A stretch of 64,000 bases of DNA from an uncultured Trueperaceae bacterium (GCA_963799485.1 CAWCXJ010000004.1:160001-224000); one strand, 5' to 3'. Positions 40,198 to 50,734 are shown, counted from the stretch's first letter. Notes: generated from the letters alone by a model not told the origin. Made by a program: numbers and translations.

Positions 40198-40719
40198 TTA
40201 TAAGCGGGCGAGCGCCGCGAGCTGCTCTTGCTGCGCCGCCGTCAGCTTGAGCTGCTGCTCGAGCAGCGCGTCCATCTTTTTGTGCAACGCTAAAATCTCG
40301 AGTTCGGCTTTGAGGTTGACCTCATAATCGTGTGCGGCCTCCAGGCGGTCTTTGGCTGCCTGACGGTTTTGCGACATCATAATTAGCGGAGCCTGCAGCG
40401 CCGCAATCATCGACAACACGAGGTTGAGTAAAATATAAGGGTAGGGGTCGAAAGCATCTCCCGCACGTGCCAGCAGCAGGGTGTTCAGGGTCGTCCACAA
40501 AACCAGAATGACAACGAAAATCCCAATAAACGTCCACGAACCGACAAACGCCGCCACGCGGTCGGCTGAGCGTTGCCCGAAGGTTAGTTTTTCGGCAAAT
40601 TGGCGGTTGGTATCGCGGCTGACGTGTTTGCGCTCGTCCAAGCGTTCCACCACCCACGCTTCGCTCTCTCCTAAATCGGTAAGGGTTCGCCTCGCCGCTT
40701 CCGGCTCGTCGGTATTCAT
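40198..40719 (-). CDS. DUF1003 family membrane protein
   Basis: GSWTFI, FDPYPYILLNL, QAPLIMMSQNRQ and NLKAE motifs. Confidence 0.92.
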   Translation of the reverse strand: MNTDEPEAARRTLTDLGESEAWVVERLDERKHVSRDTNRQFAEKLTFGQRSADRVAAFVGSWTFIGIFVVILVLWTTLNTLLLARAGDAFDPYPYILLNLVLSMIAALQAPLIMMSQNRQAAKDRLEAAHDYEVNLKAELEILALHKKMDALLEQQLKLTAAQQEQLAALARL

Positions 40720-40855
40720 AGCGCAAGTATACGCGCGTACCGGAAAACCAACCTGAATTTCGGGCCGAGGGCTTAGCCCATAGTTTTACGGCGATTACCC
40801 ATTTCCAAAAATCTTTCTAAAAATCACCCGACTGAACTTCGTTAAACTGTGTCTT

Positions 40856-41524
40856 ATGCCGGTCTTTACCTCAGCGCGTCAGCGGGTGCTCGAGACCCTC
40901 GCCGCCCACATCCTGAACACGCCTTCGCCCTTCGTTCTCCGCGTCGCCATCGACGGCGTAGACGGGGCCGGGAAGACGCACTTTGCGGGTGAACTGGGGC
41001 CCCTTCTAGCGGCGTCCGGACGTGACATCATCCGCGCTTCGGTAGACGGCTTTCATCACCCTAAAGCGGTGCGTTACCGGCTGGGACGCAGTTCTCCGGA
41101 AGGGTTTTACGGCGATTCGTACGATTACGGGGCGTTCAAAGAAGTTTTACTAGGGCCTCTTAGTCCCGGTGGTTCAGGACTTTATCGCACGGCTATTCAC
41201 GATGTCGAGACCGAAAAGTCCGTTTCTGTACCGGAACAAAAAGCCGAGGCGGGCGCAATTCTACTGCTCGACGGAATATTCTTGCACCGCCCGGAGCTGC
41301 GCGAGTATTGGGACGTGTCGGTGTGGCTCGAGACCCCCTTCGGCGTGTCTTATCCGCGTATGGCGGAGCGTGACGACACTTCGCCCGACCCGGACGCCCC
41401 GCAAAACCGGCGTTACGTCGAGGGACAAAAGCTCTACCTGACCGAAAGTACACCGCACCGTCACGCAACCTTTTTCATCGACAACAGCGACTTGAGCGCC
41501 CCTTATTTTGCCCGTAAAAGCTAA
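40856..41524 (+). CDS. Uridine kinase-like P-loop protein
   Basis: AIDGVDGAGKT, SVDGFH, LLDGIFLHRPEL and RYVEGQ motifs. Confidence 0.85.
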   Translation: MPVFTSARQRVLETLAAHILNTPSPFVLRVAIDGVDGAGKTHFAGELGPLLAASGRDIIRASVDGFHHPKAVRYRLGRSSPEGFYGDSYDYGAFKEVLLGPLSPGGSGLYRTAIHDVETEKSVSVPEQKAEAGAILLLDGIFLHRPELREYWDVSVWLETPFGVSYPRMAERDDTSPDPDAPQNRRYVEGQKLYLTESTPHRHATFFIDNSDLSAPYFARKS

Positions 41525-42435
41525 GCTGACGCCGCAACCGCTTCAGCGCCGTAACTTACTCCCGTCAGCTCTTCCGACACGCGCCAGAGCCGCTCGGCGA
41601 GAGCGGGATTTTGTGCGTCCTGAGACATGCCGACCTTTTCGGGATACCCACGCATCTCCTGAAACCCGTCCGGGCCGTAATAATCGTTGGGCCCAACGTC
41701 CGGCGCGGTCGCCGCGTAGAGCGTCGGCAGTGCGCCCATCTCGGGTTTTTGACCGAGTACCGGGTTGAGGTAGCGAAACACGCCGGAGGTCGCCTGCAAA
41801 TTCGTGCCGGTGTACCCCGGATGCGCCGCCGCCGCGAGTGCGTCGATCTTTTCCTGCGTAAAGTACACGCTCAGCTGCTGCATAAAGAGCAGATTGGCGA
41901 GCTTGCTCTGCCCATACGCGGCCCACGGTTTGTAGCCTTTTTCGGCCTGCAAGTTGTCGAACTCGAGCTTGCCCATTCGGTGTGCGCCGCTGCTCACGCT
42001 GACGACTCTCGCCCCCGGCGTCTTCCGGATTTGCGGCAGCAACAGCCCGGTCAGCGCAAAGTGCCCCAAATGGTTGGCCCCGAACTGAAGCTCGAAACCG
42101 TCTTTCGTTTTGCTAAACGGTGGCACCATCACCCCGGCGTTGTTGATGAGCAGCTCGAGCTTGTCATACTCGTTGCCGAACGCCTCGGCAAAGGCGTGAA
42201 CGGATTTGAGGTCGGCAAGGTCGAGTTTGATTACCGTGAGGTTTGCACCCGGAACCGCTGCGCGGATGCTGTCGGCGGCGAGGTCGGCTTTTTGCAGATT
42301 ACGGCACGCCATCACCACCTCGGCACCCTTTACGGCGAGCGCCTTCGCCGTTTCAAAACCAATCCCGCTGTTCGCCCCGGTAACGACGGCGACGCGGTTC
42401 GTTTGTGAAGGGATATTTGCAGCGGTCCATGACAT
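41521..42435 (-). CDS. Short-chain dehydrogenase/reductase (retinol-DH-like)
   Basis: TGANSGIG, NNAG and YGQSK motifs. Confidence 0.93.
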   Translation of the reverse strand: MSWTAANIPSQTNRVAVVTGANSGIGFETAKALAVKGAEVVMACRNLQKADLAADSIRAAVPGANLTVIKLDLADLKSVHAFAEAFGNEYDKLELLINNAGVMVPPFSKTKDGFELQFGANHLGHFALTGLLLPQIRKTPGARVVSVSSGAHRMGKLEFDNLQAEKGYKPWAAYGQSKLANLLFMQQLSVYFTQEKIDALAAAAHPGYTGTNLQATSGVFRYLNPVLGQKPEMGALPTLYAATAPDVGPNDYYGPDGFQEMRGYPEKVGMSQDAQNPALAERLWRVSEELTGVSYGAEAVAASA

Positions 42436-42603
42436 AAATGTCTCCTCACTCCTTTATGTAACGTAAAGAACCCTACCAAGGTTTGAGTCGGGAGGCGGTA
42501 GTTCAGGTAAAGCAATGAGCAATTAGTAAAAGCTTTTGACTTTACTCGTTGCTCATTGCCCGGTACTCATTGCTAGAATTACCTCATAGATTGCGAGGTC
42601 TTT

Positions 42604-43590
42604 ATGTCCCAGACTGCCAAAACTCCTGTTTCCGACTTTGTCCGCCACCACTACCGCCACTTCAACGCCGCCGCTCTCGTGGACGCTGCCGACGCTTACA
42701 CCGCACACCTGGCTTCCGGCGGTCACATGATGGTGACTTTAGCCGGGGCCATGAGCACCGCCGAACTCGGGTTGTCGTTTGCCGAGATGATTCGCCAGGA
42801 CAAGGTGCAGCTGATCTCTTGTACGGGCGCGAACTTAGAAGAAGACATCTTCAACCTCATCGCGCACGACTTTTACGAGCGCGTCCCGCACTACCGCGAC
42901 CTCACCGCGCAAGACGAGCAGGATTTGCTGGACCGTCACATGAACCGCGTGACCGACACCTGCATCCCCGAAATGGAGGCGATGCGGCGGCTCGAGGACG
43001 CCCTCTTAAACGAGTGGACGCGCGCCGACGCTGCCGGAGAACGCTACTTTCCGCATGAGTTCTTGTACAAACTGATTCGCTCGGGAGCTTTGGAAGAACA
43101 CTACCAAATTGACCCCAAAAACTCGTGGCTGGTCGCCGCCGCCGAAAAGAACCTGCCGATTATCGTCCCCGGTTGGGAAGACTCGACGACCGGCAACATG
43201 TTCGCCGCGCACTGCATCACCGGCGAGCTGAAAAATGTTCACACTGTAAAAACGGGCATTGAATACATGATGTATTTAGCTGAGCTTTACACTGAAACCG
43301 CGCCGGAACACTCGATTGGTTTTTTTCAAATCGGCGGCGGTATTGCCGGAGATTTTCCCATCTGTGTGGTGCCGATGTTGCACCAGGATTTACGGCGCGA
43401 CGGCGTGCCGATGTGGGGCTACTTTTGCCAAATCAGCGATTCGACCACGAGTTACGGGTCGTATTCGGGGGCGGTGCCGAACGAGAAGATTACCTGGGGC
43501 AAACTCTCGGCAGAGACGCCCAAGTTCATTGTGGAGAGTGACGCGACGATTGTAGCACCTTTGATGTTCGCGCTGATTTTGGGACAATAG
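42604..43590 (+). CDS. Deoxyhypusine synthase family protein
   Basis: AGAMSTAELG, TGANLEED, GGGIAGDF and GSYSGAVPNEKITWGK motifs. Confidence 0.92.
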   Translation: MSQTAKTPVSDFVRHHYRHFNAAALVDAADAYTAHLASGGHMMVTLAGAMSTAELGLSFAEMIRQDKVQLISCTGANLEEDIFNLIAHDFYERVPHYRDLTAQDEQDLLDRHMNRVTDTCIPEMEAMRRLEDALLNEWTRADAAGERYFPHEFLYKLIRSGALEEHYQIDPKNSWLVAAAEKNLPIIVPGWEDSTTGNMFAAHCITGELKNVHTVKTGIEYMMYLAELYTETAPEHSIGFFQIGGGIAGDFPICVVPMLHQDLRRDGVPMWGYFCQISDSTTSYGSYSGAVPNEKITWGKLSAETPKFIVESDATIVAPLMFALILGQ

Positions 43591-43612
43591 TGACCGCCAG
43601 AAGACTAAAGAG

Positions 43613-44224
43613 GTGAGTTCCGAGATAATATCAACGCTTATAACTGTAGGGGGAACAATTCTTGCGCTATTACTTAATCACTGGTTGCAAGCGCCCTCTA
43701 AATCCCGCCGTTCTAAGAAAGAGAATGCGCCGCCAGTTGTTTCTGTACCAGAAACCCCTTCGCTTTCAGATAAAGGTCATCCGCCAATCCGTTATCTTGA
43801 TCAGCCACATCAAGTTCGATTTGTCGGAAGTTTGCCTGAGCTCAAGAAGGTCATCTTCCAAAATGCGCGACAGGGTTGGGATAGTGGGATTACGGCTAAC
43901 ATGGCCCAAGCTAATGCTGACGTCATTGACTTCTTGGTTGATGTTTGGGTGAAGCTTTCTGGGTTTTATCCTGAAAGGCACTTCGATGGAAAAACAGGAC
44001 GAGAGTTCATCAGCGACTACATTAAAAGTAGATTCGATTATCACAACGCTAAGCATGAACCTACGGGGCCTGGATCGCACGGCACGATTGTCAGAGTGCT
44101 TGTTGGTGGAGACGTCATCCATGACCTTGACCAAATGGTTGTTGACATGGTGAGTACACTGGCGGTAGACGCAAAAACTATAGATTCTAGGACTTGGAAA
44201 GCAGCTTGGGGTGCTGCATCCTGA
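43613..44224 (+). CDS. Hypothetical protein, low GC, N-terminal TM
   Basis: Clean 203-aa ORF, markedly more AT-rich than neighbours. Confidence 0.75.
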   Translation: MSSEIISTLITVGGTILALLLNHWLQAPSKSRRSKKENAPPVVSVPETPSLSDKGHPPIRYLDQPHQVRFVGSLPELKKVIFQNARQGWDSGITANMAQANADVIDFLVDVWVKLSGFYPERHFDGKTGREFISDYIKSRFDYHNAKHEPTGPGSHGTIVRVLVGGDVIHDLDQMVVDMVSTLAVDAKTIDSRTWKAAWGAAS

Positions 44225-44268
44225 TTTCCGATCTCACTTCAATCTACAGCTAGGCGTACCATCTGACC

Positions 44269-44487
44269 ATGAGCTATAAAGACATCATCACCATCGAACC
44301 GGGTAAGCGTGGCGGCAAACCTTGCATTCGGGGTATGCGTATCACGGTTTACGATGTCCTCGAGCTTCTAGCTAGCGGCATGACACCTGAGGAGATACTC
44401 GAGGATTTTCCCTATTTGACCCAAGAGGATATTCTGGCTTGTCTCAGCTACGCCGCTGACCGCGAGAAAATCATGATGGTCGCCTGA
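44269..44487 (+). CDS. DUF433 family antitoxin
   Basis: GKRGGKPCIRGMRITVYDVLE...EEILEDFPYLT.EDI.ACL. Confidence 0.93.
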   Translation: MSYKDIITIEPGKRGGKPCIRGMRITVYDVLELLASGMTPEEILEDFPYLTQEDILACLSYAADREKIMMVA

Positions 44488-44493
44488 ACCGAC

Positions 44494-44826
44494 TTGAAAC
44501 TCCTTTTTGACCAAAACCTGTCCCCCCGTTTAGCTAGGCGTTTGGGAGACATCTTTCCTGATTCTCAGCATGTCTATCCTCTCGGACTCGGCAGCGTTTT
44601 GGACACCGAAATTTGGAATTATGCCAAGCTCGAGAACTACATCATCGTTACCAAAGACGCAGATTTTAGCGATTTGTGTTTGCTCTTGGGTTTTCCACCC
44701 AACGTCATATGGATAAGACGTGGTAACTGCAAAACCTCGGATGTCGAGGCGCTTCTTAGGTTGCACGCTCAAGCTGTTGAGAGGTTGGCTGCTGACGCTC
44801 AGCAAGGCATTTTAGCGCTCTTTTAG
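44494..44826 (+). CDS. DUF5615 PIN-like toxin
   Basis: MKLLFDQNLSP, VTKDADF and PPNVIWIR.GN motifs; paired with DUF433. Confidence 0.9.
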   Translation: MKLLFDQNLSPRLARRLGDIFPDSQHVYPLGLGSVLDTEIWNYAKLENYIIVTKDADFSDLCLLLGFPPNVIWIRRGNCKTSDVEALLRLHAQAVERLAADAQQGILALF

Positions 44827-44876
44827 AGAACCTCGAGCCTCCGTACCTTCATAACCCCAAACGCCTATGATCTACT

Positions 44877-45161
44877 ATGGCAAGTCGAGCAATCACGATT
44901 CGGGTAGACCCCGAAGCGGCCCAGGCTTGCGAAACGGCGTCGGCAGAAAAAAAATGTAAACCGGACGCACTCCTGAGCCTCAAGCTCACAGAAATTGCAA
45001 GAGCAGAGAGGTCGCTCGAGGACATCATGACTGAGGGGGGTAAGAGCTCGAGACGACGCGACACCTTCGGTCTCGAGCTTGTTACCGACGAGGGCTCCAG
45101 ACAGAGCGGTGCGGGCGCGTTCATAAAGCAATTACCCGTATATCAAAATGTGCGCTCATAA
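44877..45161 (+). pseudogene. Probable degenerate antitoxin-like small protein
   Basis: ITIRVDPEAA..ETASAE....DALLSLKLTE...RSLEDIM resembles small proteins found beside PIN toxins; C-terminus appears frameshifted. Confidence 0.45.
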
Positions 45162-45244
45162 AAGACCGTCTTTCAAAGGCGCGAGCCGGCTGACGTGTTC
45201 AGGTATCCCGCAGGTAACCGGTCGGTACCATCCGGCTCGAGGCT

Positions 45245-47074
45245 CTAGACCTCGAGCGCGGTTCTCGTGTCTATCTCTACCGCCTTGGTTTCGGCTACCT
45301 CGACTTTGGGTACGAGCGAAACCAGTGTGTCCCCGGCGGTAAGGTCTAGCGACGCCCCCGACACGACGACGAGCGTTTTGCCGCGCACGATAAACAGCGG
45401 CATATAGCCTTCGTTTTGCGCCTCGAAGTCTTTACGGGTAAACGTTTCGGTCAGCGGCGTTTTTTTAAGCTCGCCCCCGCGAAAACGGGCCTCGAGCTCT
45501 TCAAAGGTCGTACCCCGCCCGAAAATCAAGCGCCCCCGGCGCTCTTCGTCCAAGGTGTCGCGGTCGCTTTCGCTGGGTTTAAGTTGAAACACATGGGTCG
45601 AATCGAAGGTGCGGGTAAATTTAATCGTAGCGAGGGCGTTCGCCTCATCGTTCGAGGTCATCGCCAGCAGCGTACCGATACCTGAAAGCCGCATCTCTTC
45701 GTCGGCGCGGCCTGAAAGCGGGCTGCCGTAGTAGGCGTTTAACCCCTCCAGGCGCGCCGTCGTGATATTCGCATAGTTCGTATCGGCGAGCAGCGTGGTA
45801 AAGCCTTCAGTTTGTAAAAACGCGGCGAGTTGCCGGGCAACGGTGTGCGCCCCCAACAGCAGGACTCCCTGCGGCTCGGGTTCGGCAACGCCCAAAAGCC
45901 GCGCCACCGGTTTCGCGGTCAGGCTGTTTAGCGTCACGCTGCCGACAATGATGATAAACACCAGCGGCACGAGCACCTCCGCCCCGGCAACCTCGGCCTG
46001 GGTCAAACGCGAGGCGAAGAGCGAGGTGACCGACGCCGCGACGATGCCGCGCGGCGCAATCCACGACAAAAAGAGTTTTTCTCGCCACGAGAGCGGCGAC
46101 CCGATCGTGCTGACAAAGATGTTGAGCGGCCTCACCACGAACATGATGACGCCGACTAAAGCCAGACTCTGCCACGACAACGCCGTTACGAACGCGCCCA
46201 GTTCGATGTTGGCGGCCAGGACGATAAAGAGCAGCGAGATAAAGAGCAGGCTCAGGTCTTCTTTGAAGGTCAAAATCTCGCCGATGTTCGGCGCGCGCAG
46301 GTTCGCCATCAACAGACCCATCACGGTCGTTGCCAGCAGCCCGGACTCCGGCGACAAGAGGTTCGAGCCCGCGTAAACGCTAAAAACGAGCGCCAGCGCC
46401 ACCAGGTTGGTCAGGTAGTCGGGGATAAAGCGGCGGCGCAGCAAAAAGGTGAAGATAAGCCCGCCCACGCCGCCGACGATCACGCCGACGACGATAAAGA
46501 GCACGAGCGACCAGAGTGTGTGACCAACTGCCGTATCGCTGTAACCCCCAAGGAGCAAGAACTCGAAGACCAGTACCGCGACGAGCGCGCCGATAGGGTC
46601 GATTAAAATCCCTTCCCACTTGAGGATATTGGCGACGCGCGGCTCGGCCCGGACGCTCCGCATCAGCGGCCCGATCACCGTCGGCCCGGTGACGATCACG
46701 AGCGCGCCGAAAAGGAGCGCCAGGGGCAGCGTCAGCCCGATAAGGAGGTAGCTCGCCAGCGTGACCAAGAGCCAGGTCAGGAGCGCCCCGACACTGATGA
46801 GGTTCAGCACCACGCGCCGCACCTCCCTGACCTCGGGAAACCGCAGCGTCAGGCCCCCTTCAAAAAGAATCAGCCCGACCGCCAGACCAACTACCGGAAA
46901 GAGCAAGTCTTCGCTGATAAACTCGAGCGGCTTGACCAGTCCCGTCAGCGGCCCGACGACGAAACCGATGAGTAGGAGCGGCAGGATTGCAGGTAGGTTG
47001 ACGCGCCACGCCAGCCACTGGGCAGCGGCTCCGAGGGCGATAAGTAGGGCGACGTAAAAGCTCGGCTCAGCCAT
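45245..47074 (-). CDS. Cation:proton antiporter (CPA1/NhaP-type) with a TrkA-N-like C-terminal domain
   Basis: ILFEGGL, TGPTVI, WEGILIDP and APRGIVAA motifs. Confidence 0.93.
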   Translation of the reverse strand: MAEPSFYVALLIALGAAAQWLAWRVNLPAILPLLLIGFVVGPLTGLVKPLEFISEDLLFPVVGLAVGLILFEGGLTLRFPEVREVRRVVLNLISVGALLTWLLVTLASYLLIGLTLPLALLFGALVIVTGPTVIGPLMRSVRAEPRVANILKWEGILIDPIGALVAVLVFEFLLLGGYSDTAVGHTLWSLVLFIVVGVIVGGVGGLIFTFLLRRRFIPDYLTNLVALALVFSVYAGSNLLSPESGLLATTVMGLLMANLRAPNIGEILTFKEDLSLLFISLLFIVLAANIELGAFVTALSWQSLALVGVIMFVVRPLNIFVSTIGSPLSWREKLFLSWIAPRGIVAASVTSLFASRLTQAEVAGAEVLVPLVFIIIVGSVTLNSLTAKPVARLLGVAEPEPQGVLLLGAHTVARQLAAFLQTEGFTTLLADTNYANITTARLEGLNAYYGSPLSGRADEEMRLSGIGTLLAMTSNDEANALATIKFTRTFDSTHVFQLKPSESDRDTLDEERRGRLIFGRGTTFEELEARFRGGELKKTPLTETFTRKDFEAQNEGYMPLFIVRGKTLVVVSGASLDLTAGDTLVSLVPKVEVAETKAVEIDTRTALEV

Positions 47075-47176
47075 ATCTGCACCAGTCTGTCACAGCTTGC
47101 CGCACAGATATGTCGGATTCACGATACATTGCGCCTGAAATTGAGGTAGCGGTGCAAAACGTTTCTAAAAACGAAA

Positions 47177-47677
47177 CTAGTTCGGCTCGAGCAGCGTCAA
47201 GGCGTTCGTCCCGTAAACGCGCCGGTCGCCGCCAAGCGTGAGGTCTGACGGATGCTGAAAGATGTAGAGCCCGGCGACCTCGGCGGCTAGAATCGTCGCG
47301 AAGATGGTTTCCAACGCGAGCGGATACGGCGGCGCGGCGAACACGATATCAAAGGCTCCCGGATGCGCTTTCGCGTAGGCCAGCGCGTCACCCTGAACGA
47401 CGCCGACCTCGAGCTTAAACGCTTGAGCGTTTTTACGGACGACGTTTGCGGCGTCTCTGGAGAGGTCAACGCACGTCGCTTGCCAGCCGCGCGAGGCGGC
47501 CTCGAGGCCCACCGCCCCGGAACCGCTGTAGAGGTCTAAAAAGGTGCCCCGAGGCCGAAACCCGATGATGTTAAATAACGCCTCACGGAGTCTGCTGGGG
47601 CTTGGGCGGGTGCCGCTTGCAGGAACGTCCAGCACGCGGCCTCTGGCGGTGCCGCCGATGATGCGGGGTTTAGCCAT
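47177..47677 (-). CDS. rsmD: RsmD family RNA methyltransferase
   Basis: RIIGG.ARGR.L, TRPS, LDLYSGSGAVGLEA.SRG and APPY motifs. Confidence 0.88.
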   Translation of the reverse strand: MAKPRIIGGTARGRVLDVPASGTRPSPSRLREALFNIIGFRPRGTFLDLYSGSGAVGLEAASRGWQATCVDLSRDAANVVRKNAQAFKLEVGVVQGDALAYAKAHPGAFDIVFAAPPYPLALETIFATILAAEVAGLYIFQHPSDLTLGGDRRVYGTNALTLLEPN

Positions 47678-47805
47678 GTCTAGTCACCACGGCCAGCTCG
47701 TGTGGCAAGGCGGGTTTCCGAGCGTTCTGACGGAAGCATATAAAAGTCTACCTGCTTGTGCCATGTTTGACACTGCGTTTTCCAACCTGCTGTTCGTAGA
47801 ACAAA

Positions 47806-49542
47806 TCACCGAGCCGTTAGCTTGGCCAGCCTTGCGGCGAGAGCGTAAGCTTGACCGCGTGTGAGGGTTGCTTGGGGCTCGAGCCCAGCTACCGACCTGC
47901 GCCAGTCGACTGTGCGGGCGTTCAGGGCGCGACTTGCAGCGCGGCTCAGGTCTACAGCTAAACTCAGGGTGAGGTCGCCTTCAAGGTCGGGGAACCTTTC
48001 AAGCAACCTTTTACCGAGGGTGTCGTCACGCCAAAACCGCTTGCCGACGTTGACCAGCAGATACAAAAAGCCCTGAGCGGGCATGGTCTCGTCGAGCCCT
48101 GGGTCGTTATCGTAACCGCCGAGCGCCAGACCCTTGCGCCGCAGCGTGCGGTACGCCTCGAAGTTTGGGTGCTGCGCCGGGCCGGTCGGGGCTCCGGGTT
48201 TGACTTCAGGCAAGTATGCGCCCCTGCCGCCCAACTGTTCGCGTAAACCCTCAACTGCTCTGGAATCCGCCACATAAGCTGAGGCCGAGCGTCCCGTCTG
48301 CGCCGCATTTGCCGCCGCTACCCCGACCGCCTCACCCAAAGCCATCCCAAACGGGACAACCCGCGCCGACGCCGCTGCGAGCGGGTCGTAGCCGGCACTT
48401 TTACCGACAATCCAAAGATTGTCCGGGCCTCTGTTGGCTAAGCGCTGCGGCAGCGCCACGCAGAGCCGCACGCCGTAAATCTCCGGGACGCCGTAAACGT
48501 AGCCGTTATCACCTGGTGTCAGGGTTTGTACGTCGAGGGGGTAGTTGCCGGCGGCGATATCGCCCGGTCTTACGATGTTGTCGAGCGTGTCGTCTACGGT
48601 GAGCGTACAACGCGTTTTGAAGTGCCGCCACTCGCGGATATAGAGCCGCTCGGCAACGCCGCCGTACCGGGCCTTTTCAAAGCCCGGCAGCGCCCGCAAG
48701 TACCTCACGATTTGCGGAGCCTCGAGCCGCGCCCGCTGCAACCCGTCGGCTACGCTCAAAGGGTCGGACGGGTCGACGCCGTAAACGAGCAGCGCGTTGA
48801 CCAGTACAGAACCGTCCGCCTGCCGTCCCAGGTTGAGGCCGCGCAACCGGATACCCGCTTGTTTCGCCGTATACGCCGCCGGAAAACCTCCAAACGCGCC
48901 CCACACGGCGTCGCCGCTGACCTGCGCGTAACCGCTACCCCGTAGCTGCACATCTTTAACCAAGCCTGCCCAGTCGATCCCCTCGAGCCGAAAGACCAGC
49001 GTGTCCGCCATCCGCTCCGGGACACCCAGCGAGCTGAACCCGACCGTGTAAGCTGCGCCCGCAGCAGCGGCAAAGTCGCCGTCGGCTGTGGCGTCGATAA
49101 CTTGTTGTGCAGCCAACCTCTCGTCGCCGACCCGAACCCCGACCACCCGGCCCGCCTGCATAATCGGCGTCACCAAAGACGCCCCCAGCTTTACGGTGAC
49201 GCCCGCACCCCCCAGCAGCGCCTCAAAAGCCCTTTGTGCCCGCCCCGTATCGAACGCCGCGCCGCGTAGGACGAGGTTCCACCAGCGTTCAAACAGTCCG
49301 CGCTGCACCAGCGCGTGCGCGCGCAGGTCGAGCGAGTTGAGACCGCCCAACACAAAGAGCCCCCCGACGCGCGCGTCTTCTGTTATGAGCAGCGTCCGGG
49401 CCCCTGTTTCGGCGGCGGCAACGGCGGCGCTGATCCCCTCGGGTTCACTCCCGACGACGATGACTTCAAAGGGTGGTGTTTCGGCAGCCACCGCTGAAAA
49501 GAACGCCCCGACGAGCAGTAGGTAACATATCCGGCGAAACAT
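47806..49542 (-). CDS. Secreted FAD-dependent oxidoreductase
   Basis: Signal peptide, VIVVGSEPEG, IDATADGD, LYIRE.RH and SARVVP motifs. Confidence 0.85.
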   Translation of the reverse strand: MFRRICYLLLVGAFFSAVAAETPPFEVIVVGSEPEGISAAVAAAETGARTLLITEDARVGGLFVLGGLNSLDLRAHALVQRGLFERWWNLVLRGAAFDTGRAQRAFEALLGGAGVTVKLGASLVTPIMQAGRVVGVRVGDERLAAQQVIDATADGDFAAAAGAAYTVGFSSLGVPERMADTLVFRLEGIDWAGLVKDVQLRGSGYAQVSGDAVWGAFGGFPAAYTAKQAGIRLRGLNLGRQADGSVLVNALLVYGVDPSDPLSVADGLQRARLEAPQIVRYLRALPGFEKARYGGVAERLYIREWRHFKTRCTLTVDDTLDNIVRPGDIAAGNYPLDVQTLTPGDNGYVYGVPEIYGVRLCVALPQRLANRGPDNLWIVGKSAGYDPLAAASARVVPFGMALGEAVGVAAANAAQTGRSASAYVADSRAVEGLREQLGGRGAYLPEVKPGAPTGPAQHPNFEAYRTLRRKGLALGGYDNDPGLDETMPAQGFLYLLVNVGKRFWRDDTLGKRLLERFPDLEGDLTLSLAVDLSRAASRALNARTVDWRRSVAGLEPQATLTRGQAYALAARLAKLTAR

Positions 49543-49590
49543 CCCTCAATCTACAAAAAAGCTCACGGGTAAAGGTGCTAAAGTGACCCT

Positions 49591-50667
49591 ATGACCAAAA
49601 AGGCTTTTTTACTCCTCCCGCTCCTGCTAGCGGGCTGTTTGCCGTCGTTTCAGGCGGGCGCGCCGGTTTTACACGACGTGGCGCTCTATACTGCCCAAAA
49701 CGGGTCGCTCTACGGTTACTTTTACGGCGAACCAACGACGCTCAGCGTCGGTGGACGCGACCTCGAGCTGACGAAGGGCGCTTCCGACGACCCCCTGAGC
49801 GTCCCCAATGCCCTCCTCGTCGAAGGTCAGCCCTACCTCAAACAAGCGGTCACGCCGCTCGGTAACGCGCCCGTAGTGGTGCAAAGTGTTCCCTTTTCGA
49901 CCGACCTGATGGTCACGACGACCGAAGCCGTCGAGGGCGTGCTGTATTTCGACGGCGAGCTGTGGTTTACGCTTTTGGGCGCGGCGGACACGGGTTATGC
50001 GGGCCGCGTCGTACCACGTGAACGCCCCGACAAGCTCTTCGGCCTCGGGGAGCTGACGCGCGCGGAAGCCGACGTTTTCGGGCGTAACTTGGAGGCGCGT
50101 GGCCCGGTCGTCGTCACCGCGCTCGCCGAAGTGCGCGACCGTACCCGGCAGGCCAACGGCCTGGGCGACTACCGCAACACCACGCTCGTGGTGCGGCGCG
50201 GCCTCGAGACCGCCGGCGTCACCGCGACCCCGGCGGCTACGGCTGCACCCGCGTGGGAAGTCCTGGCGACCGGCACCCAGGCGACCGGCGGCGACTCGCC
50301 AAGTTTTGAACTCGCCACCAGTCAGGCGGAGTTGGAAAGGCTCTGGAACCGGGCTTACGGCCTGATGGTACCGAAACCGCCCGTCCCGGAGGTCGATTTC
50401 GGGCGCTCAAGCGTCGCCGCCTTTTTCCTGGGAACCAAAAACAGCGGCGGTTACAGCGTGGACGTGCAAAATGTCGCGGTTGAAAGTGGCGAAGCGTACT
50501 TGGACGTAGCGACCACCGCCCCGGCTCCCGGTACGCTGAGCACGCAGGCGCTTACCAACCCGTGGGTGATGGTGCGGATAGAGACGCCGAACCTCGGCTC
50601 GGCGTGGTTTAGGGACGTATCGAACGGTGAGTTACTCGGGACGGCGCGGAGTACGCTTGGAAAGTAG
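49591..50667 (+). CDS. Lipoprotein with a PrcB-like C-terminal domain
   Basis: Lipobox LAGC; P.VDF....A.FLG.K.SGGYSV...TQALTNP. Confidence 0.8.
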   Translation: MTKKAFLLLPLLLAGCLPSFQAGAPVLHDVALYTAQNGSLYGYFYGEPTTLSVGGRDLELTKGASDDPLSVPNALLVEGQPYLKQAVTPLGNAPVVVQSVPFSTDLMVTTTEAVEGVLYFDGELWFTLLGAADTGYAGRVVPRERPDKLFGLGELTRAEADVFGRNLEARGPVVVTALAEVRDRTRQANGLGDYRNTTLVVRRGLETAGVTATPAATAAPAWEVLATGTQATGGDSPSFELATSQAELERLWNRAYGLMVPKPPVPEVDFGRSSVAAFFLGTKNSGGYSVDVQNVAVESGEAYLDVATTAPAPGTLSTQALTNPWVMVRIETPNLGSAWFRDVSNGELLGTARSTLGK

Positions 50668-50701
50668 AAACGTTGGTTTGTCGATAAAAATCCGTCAGCG
50701 A

Positions 50702-50734
50702 AAAAGGGACGACCTCGGTGCGTCCCTTTTCTGT
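50702..50734. terminator. Bidirectional terminator-like hairpin
   Basis: aaaagggacg-N9-cgtccctttt. Confidence 0.7.
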
